35,482 nucleotides of DNA, from the NCBI GenBank assembly GCA_026395675.1, contig JAPLYF010000030.1, forward strand, positions 1 through 35,482, written 5' to 3'. This document shows, piece by piece, positions 26,218-35,482 of the stretch. Source of the DNA: Candidatus Parcubacteria bacterium. Lineage in GTDB: Bacteria; Patescibacteriota; Patescibacteriia; CAIXNZ01. Numbering within the stretch: position 1 is the first letter of the stretch; the number at the start of each line of letters is the position of its first letter. The position numbers and the translations under genes are program-made. The notes beneath the pieces were generated by a model, which saw nothing but the letters and a program-made list of their open reading frames with translations, did no database searches and was not told the DNA's origin.

Positions 26218-27384
26218 TTAGATATTTTCCAGTTTTAAATCTTTCTTAATTATATTAAGTAAAACACCAATCCCCCACAAAGTTACTCCTAACCTAATAA
26301 ACCACCCAAAATAAGGGATTAAACATAATAAACAAATAATCAGTAAGCCCAAGATCATTTTCCAGACCAAAGGAACCTCTATTTTCTTATTAAAAATAGC
26401 AATAACTCTTTCACCTAAATAAATACTGACAAAAATCTTGCTTAAATAAATAGCAATCAGAAATAATGCTCCTAAAATCAGGGCTAAGGGCAAGCCAATG
26501 ATTGTCACTGCTAAAATGATCAAAGCAATTGGCATTACAATTAAATAAACTAAACCTTTTAAAATTGTGATTATAATATTTTTATCCAACTCCTTCTGTA
26601 CTTTTACCGTGAAATTTTTAAAAACAAAAATCAAAAGAAGTCCTACTGCCAAAGACCCTAAAAGTCCAGCCAGCCAGCAGGTCAAAAAGAAAAGATTAAA
26701 TTTTTCTTTAAGGGGCTCCTTCGGTTCTATTTTCCATTGAGTAAATTTTTCTTCATTACCGACCTTGGCGCCACTTTTGATTTCTGCCAATTGCTGAGCT
26801 GTGTATTCTAGATTACCATGGATATTCGTTCCCGAATTTAAAATCATATTGCCTTTAGGCTCGATCGTGGCATAAGTACTACCTAGAATTTCGCCATTTA
26901 ATATTAAATTTCGAGCTGCAGCATATAAATTTTTATTAATTTTGCCATCAATTTCTACATTGCTACCAGCCACAAGCAAATTCTTGCCCACCTCTGACTC
27001 ACTGGCTAAGGTAACTATTCCGCCTGCTACACTGACATTTTGGGCAATTTTGCCTTTAATAATGACTGTACCGCCTAGAACTCGCAGATTACCTTTTATT
27101 TCTGAATTGATTATTACATTTGAACCCACAATGATTACATCACCCTCAACCGGACCGCTTACTTCAACATTTACTCCGACCAAATATAAATCATCTTTAA
27201 TTTGCGCTTTTAAATTAATATTTTCGCCTGCTGCCCAAAAAATATTTTCAAAAACAAGGCCTTCGGGAAGATTAATATTTGCCGCTTGAGCCGAGCTTTT
27301 TACAGGAAAAAATAAGGTTATTATAAAAGCTATAATCAAACATTTAAATAAAGGGGTTTTAGCTAATTTTGGCCACAAAATCAT
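26218..27384 (-). CDS. Membrane protein with bactofilin-like beta-helical repeats and a C-terminal TM bundle
   Basis: Repeated G-x-(V/I)-x-x-(D/N) units; 4-5 C-terminal TMs. Confidence 0.75.
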   Translation of the reverse strand: MILWPKLAKTPLFKCLIIAFIITLFFPVKSSAQAANINLPEGLVFENIFWAAGENINLKAQIKDDLYLVGVNVEVSGPVEGDVIIVGSNVIINSEIKGNLRVLGGTVIIKGKIAQNVSVAGGIVTLASESEVGKNLLVAGSNVEIDGKINKNLYAAARNLILNGEILGSTYATIEPKGNMILNSGTNIHGNLEYTAQQLAEIKSGAKVGNEEKFTQWKIEPKEPLKEKFNLFFLTCWLAGLLGSLAVGLLLIFVFKNFTVKVQKELDKNIIITILKGLVYLIVMPIALIILAVTIIGLPLALILGALFLIAIYLSKIFVSIYLGERVIAIFNKKIEVPLVWKMILGLLIICLLCLIPYFGWFIRLGVTLWGIGVLLNIIKKDLKLENI

Positions 27385-27432
27385 ATTTTTAACTAATTAA
27401 TTTATAAATTGTATTTGAATAATTAATTCACT

Positions 27433-27462
27433 TTGACAGCGAGGCAGTTTTTATATTATAAT
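27433..27462 (+). promoter_or_regulatory. Sigma70-type promoter of lemA-htpX
   Basis: TTGACA-18 bp-TATAAT. Confidence 0.7.
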
Positions 27463-27573
27463 TAATCTAGAAATGCTGCGCTCAAGTTAGCAATAATTTG
27501 AGCTTATAAATGAATGGAAAGTCCTAAATCTAATTTAAGTATATAAAATTTAACTAATTAACGCAAAAAAATT

Positions 27574-28128
27574 ATGCCCATTTGGGGAATTATTCTTATT
27601 ATCGTTATAGCTATTTTGGGCTGGTTAATCGCAGTTTATAATGGTTTAATTAGGAGCAAAAATCGTGTTGATGAGGCCTGGTCAGATATCGATGTCCAGC
27701 TCAAAAGACGCTATGATTTGATTCCTAATTTAGTGGAAACTGTCAAAGCTTATGCCGGCCATGAAAAAGAAGTTTTTCAAAAAGTGACTGAAGCTCGTTC
27801 CCAAGCCATGCAAGCTAAAAGTTTAGATGATAAAGGCAAGGCAGAAAACATGCTCGGTCAAACATTAAAATCACTTTTTGCCGTGGCTGAAAATTATCCA
27901 GATTTGAAAGCCAGTACTAATTTCCTGCAATTGCAAGATGAATTATCTGATACTGAAAATAAAATTCAGGCTGCCAGACGCTTTTATAATGGCAATGTCA
28001 GAGATTTCAATATCAAAATCCAGGTTTTTCCCAATACTCTTGTTGCCGGGCTCTTGGGTTTTAAAGCGCGTGAATTCTTCCAGGTAGAAGAAGAACAAGA
28101 AAGAGAAGCGCCCCAAGTCAAATTCTAA
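27574..28128 (+). CDS. lemA: LemA family protein
   Basis: YNGL, AWSDIDVQLKRRYDLIPNLV, ENYPDLKAS, ARRFYN. Confidence 0.96.
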   Translation: MPIWGIILIIVIAILGWLIAVYNGLIRSKNRVDEAWSDIDVQLKRRYDLIPNLVETVKAYAGHEKEVFQKVTEARSQAMQAKSLDDKGKAENMLGQTLKSLFAVAENYPDLKASTNFLQLQDELSDTENKIQAARRFYNGNVRDFNIKIQVFPNTLVAGLLGFKAREFFQVEEEQEREAPQVKF

Positions 28129-28130
28129 TT

Positions 28131-28277
28131 GGTTACAAATCTACGAATTAGCTCCGAAGGTGCCCCTTGGGGGCTACGAATACTACTAATATCTAAAATT
28201 CAATTTAGTTAGTGGATTATTTGTAGATTCGTAGAATATCTGTCCCGAAGGGATCCCTTAGGGATAGATTCGTATCC
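28131..28277. repeat. Junction scaffold with two nested small palindromes (28153-28173, 28243-28264)
   Basis: GGTTACAAATC...GATTCGTATCC terminal IR; TCCC GAA GGGA TCCC TTA GGGA. Confidence 0.8.
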
Positions 28278-28278
28278 T

Positions 28279-29166
28279 ATGTACAATCAAATTGATTCCA
28301 ATAAAAGAAAGACGGTCATTTTAATGACTCTATTTATAGTATTTGTCTTATTTATTGGCTGGCTGTACGGACAAATAACAAATACCGGCTATAGTGGCCT
28401 AACTCTTGCTCTTATAATTTCTTTGGTCATGACTTTTTTCAGTTATTTTGCCGGTGATAAAGCCGCTTTAGCAACTAGCGGAGCACGGCCAATCGCCAAG
28501 GAAGACAATCCCTATGTTTATCGCTTGGTGGAAAATCTCTGTATCACTGCTGGACTACCCCTGCCTAAAATCTATTTAATCAATGATCCGACCATAAATG
28601 CTTTTGCCACCGGACGCGACCCCTCTCATGCTTCTTTAGCCATAACCCAGGGCGCTATCGATAACCTGGAAAATGAAGAATTAGAAGGTGTGATAGCCCA
28701 TGAACTTTCACATGTAAAAAATTACGATATTCGCCTGATGATGGTTGTCATAATTTTGGTCGGCATTATTGCTCTGGTTTCCGATTGGCTCATGAGGGGC
28801 TTTTTTTGGGGCAAAAGGAGTGAACGCGAACGAAACCAATTAAGCGCCATTTTGATGATTATTGGTATTGTCTTGGCGATTTTATCGCCTTTAATCGCTC
28901 AGCTGATTCAATTAGCCATTTCCAGGAAAAGAGAATTTTTAGCCGATGCTGATGGAGCTTTACTAACGCGCTATCCAGCAGGCCTAGCCAATGCTCTAAA
29001 AAAAATTGGCTTGGCCAATAAATTGCCTTTAAAAACTGCCAATAATGCCACAGCACATTTATATATTGCCAATCCTTTTGGCCAAAGCCAAAAATTTTTA
29101 AGCAATCTCTTTTCTACTCATCCGCCCTTGGAAGAAAGAATTGCTAAATTAACACAAATGGCCTAA
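28279..29166 (+). CDS. htpX: M48 zinc metalloprotease HtpX
   Basis: NAFATG, HELSH, SRKREFLAD, STHPP. Confidence 0.95.
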   Translation: MYNQIDSNKRKTVILMTLFIVFVLFIGWLYGQITNTGYSGLTLALIISLVMTFFSYFAGDKAALATSGARPIAKEDNPYVYRLVENLCITAGLPLPKIYLINDPTINAFATGRDPSHASLAITQGAIDNLENEELEGVIAHELSHVKNYDIRLMMVVIILVGIIALVSDWLMRGFFWGKRSERERNQLSAILMIIGIVLAILSPLIAQLIQLAISRKREFLADADGALLTRYPAGLANALKKIGLANKLPLKTANNATAHLYIANPFGQSQKFLSNLFSTHPPLEERIAKLTQMA

Positions 29167-29259
29167 AACTGTAAATCCCTACATTTTACTATAGCAGAGG
29201 AGTAAAAATTAAAATTCAAAATATTTTTTGAAGAATTTTTAAAAACTAAATTTAAAAAA

Positions 29260-30045
29260 ATGCCTGAACAAATTTTGCAAAAACCCCTTTCTCCCTGGCA
29301 AATTTTTCGTAAAACCTGGGAAATAATACGAACTGACTGGTTTAATTTAATTGCTATTATTTTTTTGGCTCTGATTATTCTTAGCCTTGTTATTTTGATT
29401 ATAACTTCGGCCTGGTCGCCTCTCTGGGTTATCGGTGTGATAAAAACCGATTACATCTTTACTTTTAGATTAATCTGGCAAGCCATAACCCTGATTATTC
29501 TTTATCTTATTTCTGCCCTGATCCAAATCTTGATGATTAACAGTTTATTAAATCCGCAATTAAATCTAAAGGGAAACCTCCGATCTATAAAAAACTATTT
29601 CTGGCAATTTTTGTTATTAATGATTATCCTCAATATTCTTTTGCTCTTGGCCGCCCTTCCTATTTATGTCGGGGTATTTTTTCTTCTTTTGCAAAGCTAC
29701 TTTTTAGGAATATTGTCTTTATTAATTAGTTTTATTTTAATAATCTTTCTGTGCGTCTATCTTATTTTTAGCCCTTTTATCTTAATTGAAAATAAACTTA
29801 GTTGGCATGAAGCCATGCTCAAATCTTTAGCCCTGAGCCAGGGCTATTTTGGCAATTTATTTTTAAAGATAGCGATTCTGATCTTAATTTTAGTGGGTCT
29901 AAATTATCTTTCTATCTTTCTTTTGACCCTGGGACTTATTGGTTTGATTTTAAGCGGTTTATTTACAATTGCTATGATTATCTTCGCCTTCCCTTATTTA
30001 CTGGCTCTTTACCAGGAAATAAAATCATTAAAACAGGTAACATAA
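29260..30045 (+). CDS. Hypothetical polytopic membrane protein
   Basis: About six TMs; PFILIEN..AMLKSLALSQG pattern. Confidence 0.8.
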   Translation: MPEQILQKPLSPWQIFRKTWEIIRTDWFNLIAIIFLALIILSLVILIITSAWSPLWVIGVIKTDYIFTFRLIWQAITLIILYLISALIQILMINSLLNPQLNLKGNLRSIKNYFWQFLLLMIILNILLLLAALPIYVGVFFLLLQSYFLGILSLLISFILIIFLCVYLIFSPFILIENKLSWHEAMLKSLALSQGYFGNLFLKIAILILILVGLNYLSIFLLTLGLIGLILSGLFTIAMIIFAFPYLLALYQEIKSLKQVT

Positions 30046-30219
30046 AAAATTTCAAAGTCCAAATAATTAATAATAAATTAGAAATTTGCCATGGCTGATT
30101 TAAATAATAAAACTATTACTCCAGGACAAGAGCCGCAAGCAAAAAGGGACTTAAGGCAGGCACAAAAATCTCAGAATTTGCCCTCTGGCAATTAATCGCT
30201 TGCTCAAGAGAAGAATAAA

Positions 30220-30732
30220 ATGGAACAAACCCAGACCAAACAAATGGCTGCCCTAAAAGGTTATCGACCTGGAGAAAAAGAATACAAGCAACAATTGGAA
30301 TCAAGACGAAAGAAATCTAAACAGGGAGCGACTGGTAAAGGCGTGCAAGCCGCTGGCAAAGGCGCTCAAGCTGCTTCTCAAGTCGTTAGCGGTCTTGGCA
30401 AAAAAATTACAGCCGAGCTTTTAAAAAATTCCTGGCTTTATCTAATTGAAACTTTTGGTGCCACGATTTTATATATCAACTTCCATTTTTTCGGCAAATA
30501 TATTGCTGGTTCAGATGCCTTTTGTGAGTTTGGCGAGGAAGTGATCCCGGAAATTCCTGGTATGGAATCAGCCACGAAAGAAGTTAGTTCATTCGCAAAA
30601 TGGGTTGAAATTATTGCACTATTTTTGCTTGATTTCCTTATAATTCTGCTGGTTTTTTTCCTTGTTATTGTTTTAGTTTCACCGGTTTTACTAGCCATTG
30701 GCGTTATTCAATGGATACAAAATATTATTTAG
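30220..30732 (+). CDS. Hypothetical membrane protein; possibly the 3' part of a gene starting at 30091 with an in-frame TAA
   Basis: Charged N-terminus and C-terminal TM; upstream in-frame ATG 30091 with stop at 30193-30195. Confidence 0.7.
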   Translation: MEQTQTKQMAALKGYRPGEKEYKQQLESRRKKSKQGATGKGVQAAGKGAQAASQVVSGLGKKITAELLKNSWLYLIETFGATILYINFHFFGKYIAGSDAFCEFGEEVIPEIPGMESATKEVSSFAKWVEIIALFLLDFLIILLVFFLVIVLVSPVLLAIGVIQWIQNII

Positions 30733-30761
30733 ATATTTAAAAAAATAATAATCATAATTCT

Positions 30762-32024
30762 ATGACTGAAAGAACAAAAAAAATTTTAATTATAATTGGT
30801 TTTATCATTTTAACTTTGCTCATTGCGTTTGCTATTTATTATTTATTTTTTCGACAGCTTATCGCACCTACGGTGCCCGTAGTGCCTGTTAACCTGCCCC
30901 CAACTGCCGGACTGCCAACTTTACCGCCGGCTTTAAATCTAGTGCCTTATGTACCGCCTCTGAACTTACCTCCTGGCATCAGACCAGAAATACCTTCCGC
31001 ACCAATTGCTCCTGCACCGGCTTTTAAGCCTTTTATTTCTAATACAGCTGCTGGCGGTTTAACTAATTTTCAAACCCTGGTTGACTTGCCTAGTCATGAT
31101 CTTTTTCTGAATACCAATGGAAAAGATCTGATCTATTATGACCCTGCCACTGGCTTCTTTTACACTCTCACGCCTGATGGCCAAAAAAATCTCTTATCCA
31201 ATATTCCTTTTAGGAATGTATCGAAATCAACATTTTCACCGAACCGGCAAAAAGCAATCTTGGAATATCCCAATGGCTCCAAAATAATTTATGACTTTAA
31301 TCAGAAACAATCAGTCACCTTGCCCTCACAATGGAAAGATTTTGTTTTTTCTAATGACAGCCAAAAGATCGCCTTTAAAGACATGAAAATAGATGCAGAA
31401 AACCGTTACCTTGCCGTGGCCGATACCAAGGGCGGAAATTATAATGAAATAGAGATGCTGGGCGATAAAGATGGCGATGTTTATATGACCTGGTCGCCCA
31501 ATAATCAATTTGTGGCTTTGTCGCGGGATCCCCTTGATGGCGACCGCTCCATAGTTTATCCGATTGGTTTCAATGGTGAAAATTTCCGCTCGCTCACGGT
31601 AGAGGGACGTGACATGCGCTTTGATTGGTCGCCGAGCGGCAATAAATTGGTTTACAGCGTTTATAATTCGGTTTCGAATTATAATCCAGAATTATGGGTA
31701 GTCAATAGCTCGCCAGATCTTTTGGGCACTGGACGTTATGACCTGGGCATCAAAACCTGGGCTGATAAATGCGCCTTTGCTTCTGAAGATACCCTTTATT
31801 GCGCTGTGCCCCGCACTTTGGATAAAGGCACTGGTTTCAGGCCGGATCTGGCAGATAATACCCCGGATGATTATTATAAAATAAATATTGCCAAAGGCAC
31901 GGCTGAATTAGCTGCCCAGCCCCTCTTTGATACTACTGTTGCTAAAATGATTATTAGTTCAGATGGTAAAACTCTTTATTGGTTAGAAAAAAATACCGGC
32001 CTAATTAAAAAAATGGATTTATAA
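30762..32024 (+). CDS. Membrane-anchored TolB-like beta-propeller protein with Pro-rich linker
   Basis: N-terminal TM, Pro-rich stalk, repeated (F/W)SP-x-x blades. Confidence 0.8.
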   Translation: MTERTKKILIIIGFIILTLLIAFAIYYLFFRQLIAPTVPVVPVNLPPTAGLPTLPPALNLVPYVPPLNLPPGIRPEIPSAPIAPAPAFKPFISNTAAGGLTNFQTLVDLPSHDLFLNTNGKDLIYYDPATGFFYTLTPDGQKNLLSNIPFRNVSKSTFSPNRQKAILEYPNGSKIIYDFNQKQSVTLPSQWKDFVFSNDSQKIAFKDMKIDAENRYLAVADTKGGNYNEIEMLGDKDGDVYMTWSPNNQFVALSRDPLDGDRSIVYPIGFNGENFRSLTVEGRDMRFDWSPSGNKLVYSVYNSVSNYNPELWVVNSSPDLLGTGRYDLGIKTWADKCAFASEDTLYCAVPRTLDKGTGFRPDLADNTPDDYYKINIAKGTAELAAQPLFDTTVAKMIISSDGKTLYWLEKNTGLIKKMDL

Positions 32025-32028
32025 AAAT

Positions 32029-32724
32029 ATGCCAAACCCAGACCAAAAAATTTCTTATAAATCGCCAAAATTCTATTTTGTTTACTTTATTATTTTTTCC
32101 ATTATTATTCTTTTAATCTTTTCTTTTAAAATTGTGGGCTATTATTGGGATTACTGGTCAATCATCAGAAATATGGATAAATATTACAAAGGCAGACAAA
32201 CAGAGCTTGTGCAGGTCTATCCCCAAATTAATCAAGGAGACCCAGTCAAGGGCGCTCCTGATGCCAAAGTAATCATTTATGAATATAGTGATTTTTTCTG
32301 TTCTGCTTGCAAAGACAGACAAGCCGATCTGACTGCTTTGGAAAAATATTTCGGCAATAAAATTAGTTTTGTCTTTAAGGGCCTGCCACTTGATCATCCG
32401 GAAAGCAATAACGCCATGCTGGCTGCCTACTGCGCGGCTGATCAAAATAAATTCTGGGAATATAAGGATCTTTTATTTAATAATCAAGCGCTCTTGAATG
32501 AACAAATGTACCGCGAATTAGCCACCCAATTGGGTCTAAATCTTGATCAATTCAACCAATGTTATAGCCAGAAAAAATACCAGCCAATAATTACTAATAA
32601 CCTGGCTGATGCCCTGGGCTTACAAATTAATTCCACGCCCACGCTCTATATCAATAGGCAAAAAATAGAGGGCTTCTTTGATTTTACTTCTATAAAGGGC
32701 ACTGTGGAACAAGGATTAAGATAA
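32029..32724 (+). CDS. DsbA-family thiol:disulfide oxidoreductase
   Basis: EYSDFFCSAC (CxxC), AAYCAADQNKFWEY, STPT cis-Pro loop. Confidence 0.9.
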   Translation: MPNPDQKISYKSPKFYFVYFIIFSIIILLIFSFKIVGYYWDYWSIIRNMDKYYKGRQTELVQVYPQINQGDPVKGAPDAKVIIYEYSDFFCSACKDRQADLTALEKYFGNKISFVFKGLPLDHPESNNAMLAAYCAADQNKFWEYKDLLFNNQALLNEQMYRELATQLGLNLDQFNQCYSQKKYQPIITNNLADALGLQINSTPTLYINRQKIEGFFDFTSIKGTVEQGLR

Positions 32725-32729
32725 AATAA

Positions 32730-34157
32730 ATGAAAAGAAAAAAATTATTTTCTATTTTAATTTATAGTTACTTCTTACTATTTTTATTTTTTTCTTCTTT
32801 TGTTTTTGTAAAAAATGTTTGGGCAACAACCTGTTATGTTGATAGTAAACCTGGTACTTGTAAGGCAACTTGCGATATAACTGAAGACCAGAAAAATGAT
32901 TTTATAAATTGTACTGATTTGTTCAATGTTTACTGTTGCGTTCCTAAAACCGCGGGTGCTACTTGCGTCTCACCCAGCTCCTGTGCCACAACTTGTCCAG
33001 CAGACAGGCAAGGAAGCTTTGCGGAAAACAGTTGGTGCGCAAATAATCAAACTCCTAAAATTTATTGCTGCAAACCAGCTCCTGCCGCCACTCAACCACC
33101 ACCAACAACAACAGCTGGTACTACTGGGGGCACTGCTGGCCCTTTACAACTGCAATTGCAGATTCCCATTGGTAATTTGAGCTTAATGACTATTTCTGGC
33201 TCTTCTATTGGCCAGTATATCAAAGCCGTCTTTGTTTTTGGTTCAGCCACTACTGTGGCCCTGGCCATTATCATGGTCATGGCTGGCGGCGTCAAATGGA
33301 TCTTATCTGGCGGCGAACCTAATAAAATAGGCGAGGCCAAAGATACAATTTTAAAAGCCCTCTTGGGCATGTTTATCGCCCTCTTTGCTGTTTTTATGCT
33401 GCAAACAATCAGCCCGGGCACAGTGACTTTTCAACCCATAACTCCTGAGTTTATTGCCGGCATGGCAAACCCCACCGGCGGAGGTGCGCCCAACCCCCAA
33501 GATATTGTGGCCAATGAATGCAACCTTAAAAATCCTCGCGCCTCATGTTTTGCCGAGGCCTGTGACCAACTCACTCCTGCAAGAGTAGTGAGCACTGCTG
33601 GTGGAACTTGCGAAACAGCCAAGCCAAATTGCTGCGCAGAAACAGGTCCAGTTATAACCTGCCAAGACAAATCGGGTTGTGCTTCAAATCAATATTGCGC
33701 TTCAGCGGGAACGGGCCAGCCGGGCAGATGTTTTGATAAAAGAGACCTTGGCGCGAATTGTAAAGAAAATATAGTTGGCGGCACACATTTTGAAACTTGG
33801 CTAGGTGGCGGAGCAAATGATGTTTGTATAAGTGGAAGTTGCGTGGGTTGGACTTCTGCCGGAATTAATATATGCGTTCCAAAAAGTGGTACTGGAATAG
33901 TAAACAACCCTTGTACAGATTCAAACCAATGCTCACCACATTTTTTTTGCGCTAGCGAAAACTTTAAGATTGGAAATAAAACAGATTCTGGCAAAAAACC
34001 TAAACCTGACAAAGGCACATGCCAGAAAAAAATACCTAAAGGAGATACAACTACAGTGTGCCAGGATTGGGAAGTTAATAGCAGTACTGATAATGGAGCT
34101 TGTGATAGTGGCGCCTGCCCTTTTTACTTTTTAGGAAAGGCTACTTGTCAAGAATAA
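32730..34157 (+). CDS. TrbC/VirB2-like pilin with Cys-rich extensions
   Basis: Core TM-GGVKWILSGGEPNKIGEAKDTI-TM; 34 Cys in flanking modules. Confidence 0.8.
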   Translation: MKRKKLFSILIYSYFLLFLFFSSFVFVKNVWATTCYVDSKPGTCKATCDITEDQKNDFINCTDLFNVYCCVPKTAGATCVSPSSCATTCPADRQGSFAENSWCANNQTPKIYCCKPAPAATQPPPTTTAGTTGGTAGPLQLQLQIPIGNLSLMTISGSSIGQYIKAVFVFGSATTVALAIIMVMAGGVKWILSGGEPNKIGEAKDTILKALLGMFIALFAVFMLQTISPGTVTFQPITPEFIAGMANPTGGGAPNPQDIVANECNLKNPRASCFAEACDQLTPARVVSTAGGTCETAKPNCCAETGPVITCQDKSGCASNQYCASAGTGQPGRCFDKRDLGANCKENIVGGTHFETWLGGGANDVCISGSCVGWTSAGINICVPKSGTGIVNNPCTDSNQCSPHFFCASENFKIGNKTDSGKKPKPDKGTCQKKIPKGDTTTVCQDWEVNSSTDNGACDSGACPFYFLGKATCQE

Positions 34158-34322
34158 ATAGAATCTAATTAATTAAAATTGTTTCTTTTTCTAAGCAATA
34201 ATTATTTAAAATTAATTATTGCTTTTTATTTTAACAGGCATTTCTTTTTCTTGAATTATTTGCTAAGATGATGATATGAAATAAGTTTAAAATTCAAAGT
34301 ACAAAATAAAAAATTACAATTT

Positions 34323-34354
34323 TTCATAATTCAGATTTCAGAGTTCATAATTCT
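34323..34354. repeat. Uninterrupted TTCAKAW heptamer tract (empty-site equivalent)
   Basis: TTCATAA TTCAGAT TTCAGAG TTCATAA; a shorter tract occurs at 24840-24862. Confidence 0.65.
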
Positions 34355-34361
34355 AAAACCT

Positions 34362-35482
34362 ATGCCCAAACAACCTCAAACCATATTCACCTGCTCTAAA
34401 TGCGGCGCGCAATTCCCTAAATGGATTGGTCGCTGTGCTTCTTGCGGCGCTTGGGGAACTGTCACTGAAGAAATCCAATCCCCAATCTCTAATCTCCAAT
34501 CTCCAATCCCAAAAATTGATAAGGATCAGCTGATTGATTTCCAAAAAACGCCGCCGCCGAGCCACGCCAGATTGCAAACCCAGATCTCGGAATTTGACCG
34601 AGTACTAGGCGGCGGAATTGTCATCGGTAGCTTGATTTTACTGGGTGGCGAGCCAGGCATTGGCAAATCAACCCTAGTTTTGCAAATCTGTGACCAGATC
34701 AAATCCCCTATTTTATATGTTTCAGGTGAAGAATCAGCTTCCCAGATTAAAATGAGAATTGACAGATTAAATCTGGATTTTGCCAATTTAAAATTCCTTG
34801 GCGAGAATAACATGGAAAGAATCGTGGCCTTTGCCATTGAAGAAAAACCTAGTTTACTAATAATTGACTCAATTCAAACCTTATACTCCTCTGAATTGCC
34901 TTCTGAAGCTGGCTCAATTAACCAAGTGCGAATCTGCACGGTTAAACTTTTAGAAATTGCTAAAAAATTTAATATCCCGATTTTAATTATCGGCCATATA
35001 ACCAAAGACGGCCTGGTGGCCGGCCCCAAATCATTGGAACATTTAGTTGACGCTGTCCTCTACCTTGAAAGTTCAAGCAAAGATGATTTCCGCCTTTTGC
35101 GCTGCACCAAAAACCGTTTTGGCTCTACCAATGAATTGGGAGTATTCAATATGACCAGCCAGGGCTTGCTGGAAGTTAAAAATCCTTCTGAACTTTTTCT
35201 GCCGCAAAACCAGGAGCCGATTTCCGGCTCTGCTCTCACCTGCATAATGGAAGGCAGCCGGCCGTTTTTAATTGAAGTCCAGGCCCTAGCCAGTAAAACT
35301 CTATTTGGCTATCCCCAAAGAAAAACCGCTGGCTTTGATTTAAATAGATTGCAGATGTTAATCGCGGTCTTAATTAAAAGAGCTAATATTCCTTTAGTTA
35401 ACCAGGATGTGCATCTTAATGTCACTGGCGGTTTGAAAATCACGGAAACCGGCGCTGATTTGGCTGTTTGCCTGGCTATTAT
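34362..35482 (+). CDS. radA: DNA repair protein RadA/Sms; runs off the window's right edge
   Basis: Not in the ORF track. ATG 34362; CSKCG..WIGRCASCGAW Zn finger, GGEPGIGKST, YVSGEES, KNRFG. Confidence 0.96.
   Translation, partial: MPKQPQTIFTCSKCGAQFPKWIGRCASCGAWGTVTEEIQSPISNLQSPIPKIDKDQLIDFQKTPPPSHARLQTQISEFDRVLGGGIVIGSLILLGGEPGIGKSTLVLQICDQIKSPILYVSGEESASQIKMRIDRLNLDFANLKFLGENNMERIVAFAIEEKPSLLIIDSIQTLYSSELPSEAGSINQVRICTVKLLEIAKKFNIPILIIGHITKDGLVAGPKSLEHLVDAVLYLESSSKDDFRLLRCTKNRFGSTNELGVFNMTSQGLLEVKNPSELFLPQNQEPISGSALTCIMEGSRPFLIEVQALASKTLFGYPQRKTAGFDLNRLQMLIAVLIKRANIPLVNQDVHLNVTGGLKITETGADLAVCLAI

Noticed and set aside
27420-27573. CIRCE element, or RNase P fragment from GGAAAGTCC
   Set aside because: No TTAGCACTC-N9-GAGTGCTAA; the GGAAAGTCC 9-mer has no partner strand or room for the rest of RNase P RNA.
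4893-28277. CRISPR array from the recurring repeats
   Set aside because: Copies are dispersed and degenerate, with no regular repeat-spacer period and no cas genes.
30193-30195. Stop-codon reassignment
   Set aside because: TAA ends many genes here and long ORFs are intact under code 11, so neither TAA recoding nor code 25 is supported.
200-35245. Many 60-125 aa ORFs in the track that are antisense or out of frame to long genes
   Set aside because: They are shadows of well-supported genes (glyQS, mreB, pheT, radA etc.) with no motifs of their own.

Overview
AT-rich bacterial chromosome segment. Gene content and style suggest Patescibacteria/CPR, probably Parcubacteria-like (inference from the single-subunit GlyRS, Cys-rich VirB2-like pilin, DUF4012 and mostly SD-less starts). 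Standard genetic code. Mostly housekeeping and envelope genes: glyQS (partial), frr, holB, mreB, a GT2 cluster with one broken copy, acyP, DUF475, a flavodoxin-like protein, dapB, pheS, pheT, rseP, murI, a phosphomannomutase, lemA-htpX, a DsbA-like protein, a pilin and radA (partial). No tRNA, rRNA, CRISPR array, transposase or reverse transcriptase was seen. The unexplained content is mostly non-coding: (1) nested palindromic micro-elements at many gene junctions and inside pheT and murI, including a 44-bp design whose five 4-nt arms co-vary with the flanking 4-mer; (2) a structured ~290-nt orphan transcription unit between rseP and murI; (3) two tandem promoter-RNA-terminator units at 16.3-16.9 kb, one encoding a 14-aa peptide with an occluded start; (4) an outer-membrane beta-barrel-like gene in a presumed monoderm. 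All calls are by eye; no searches were run.
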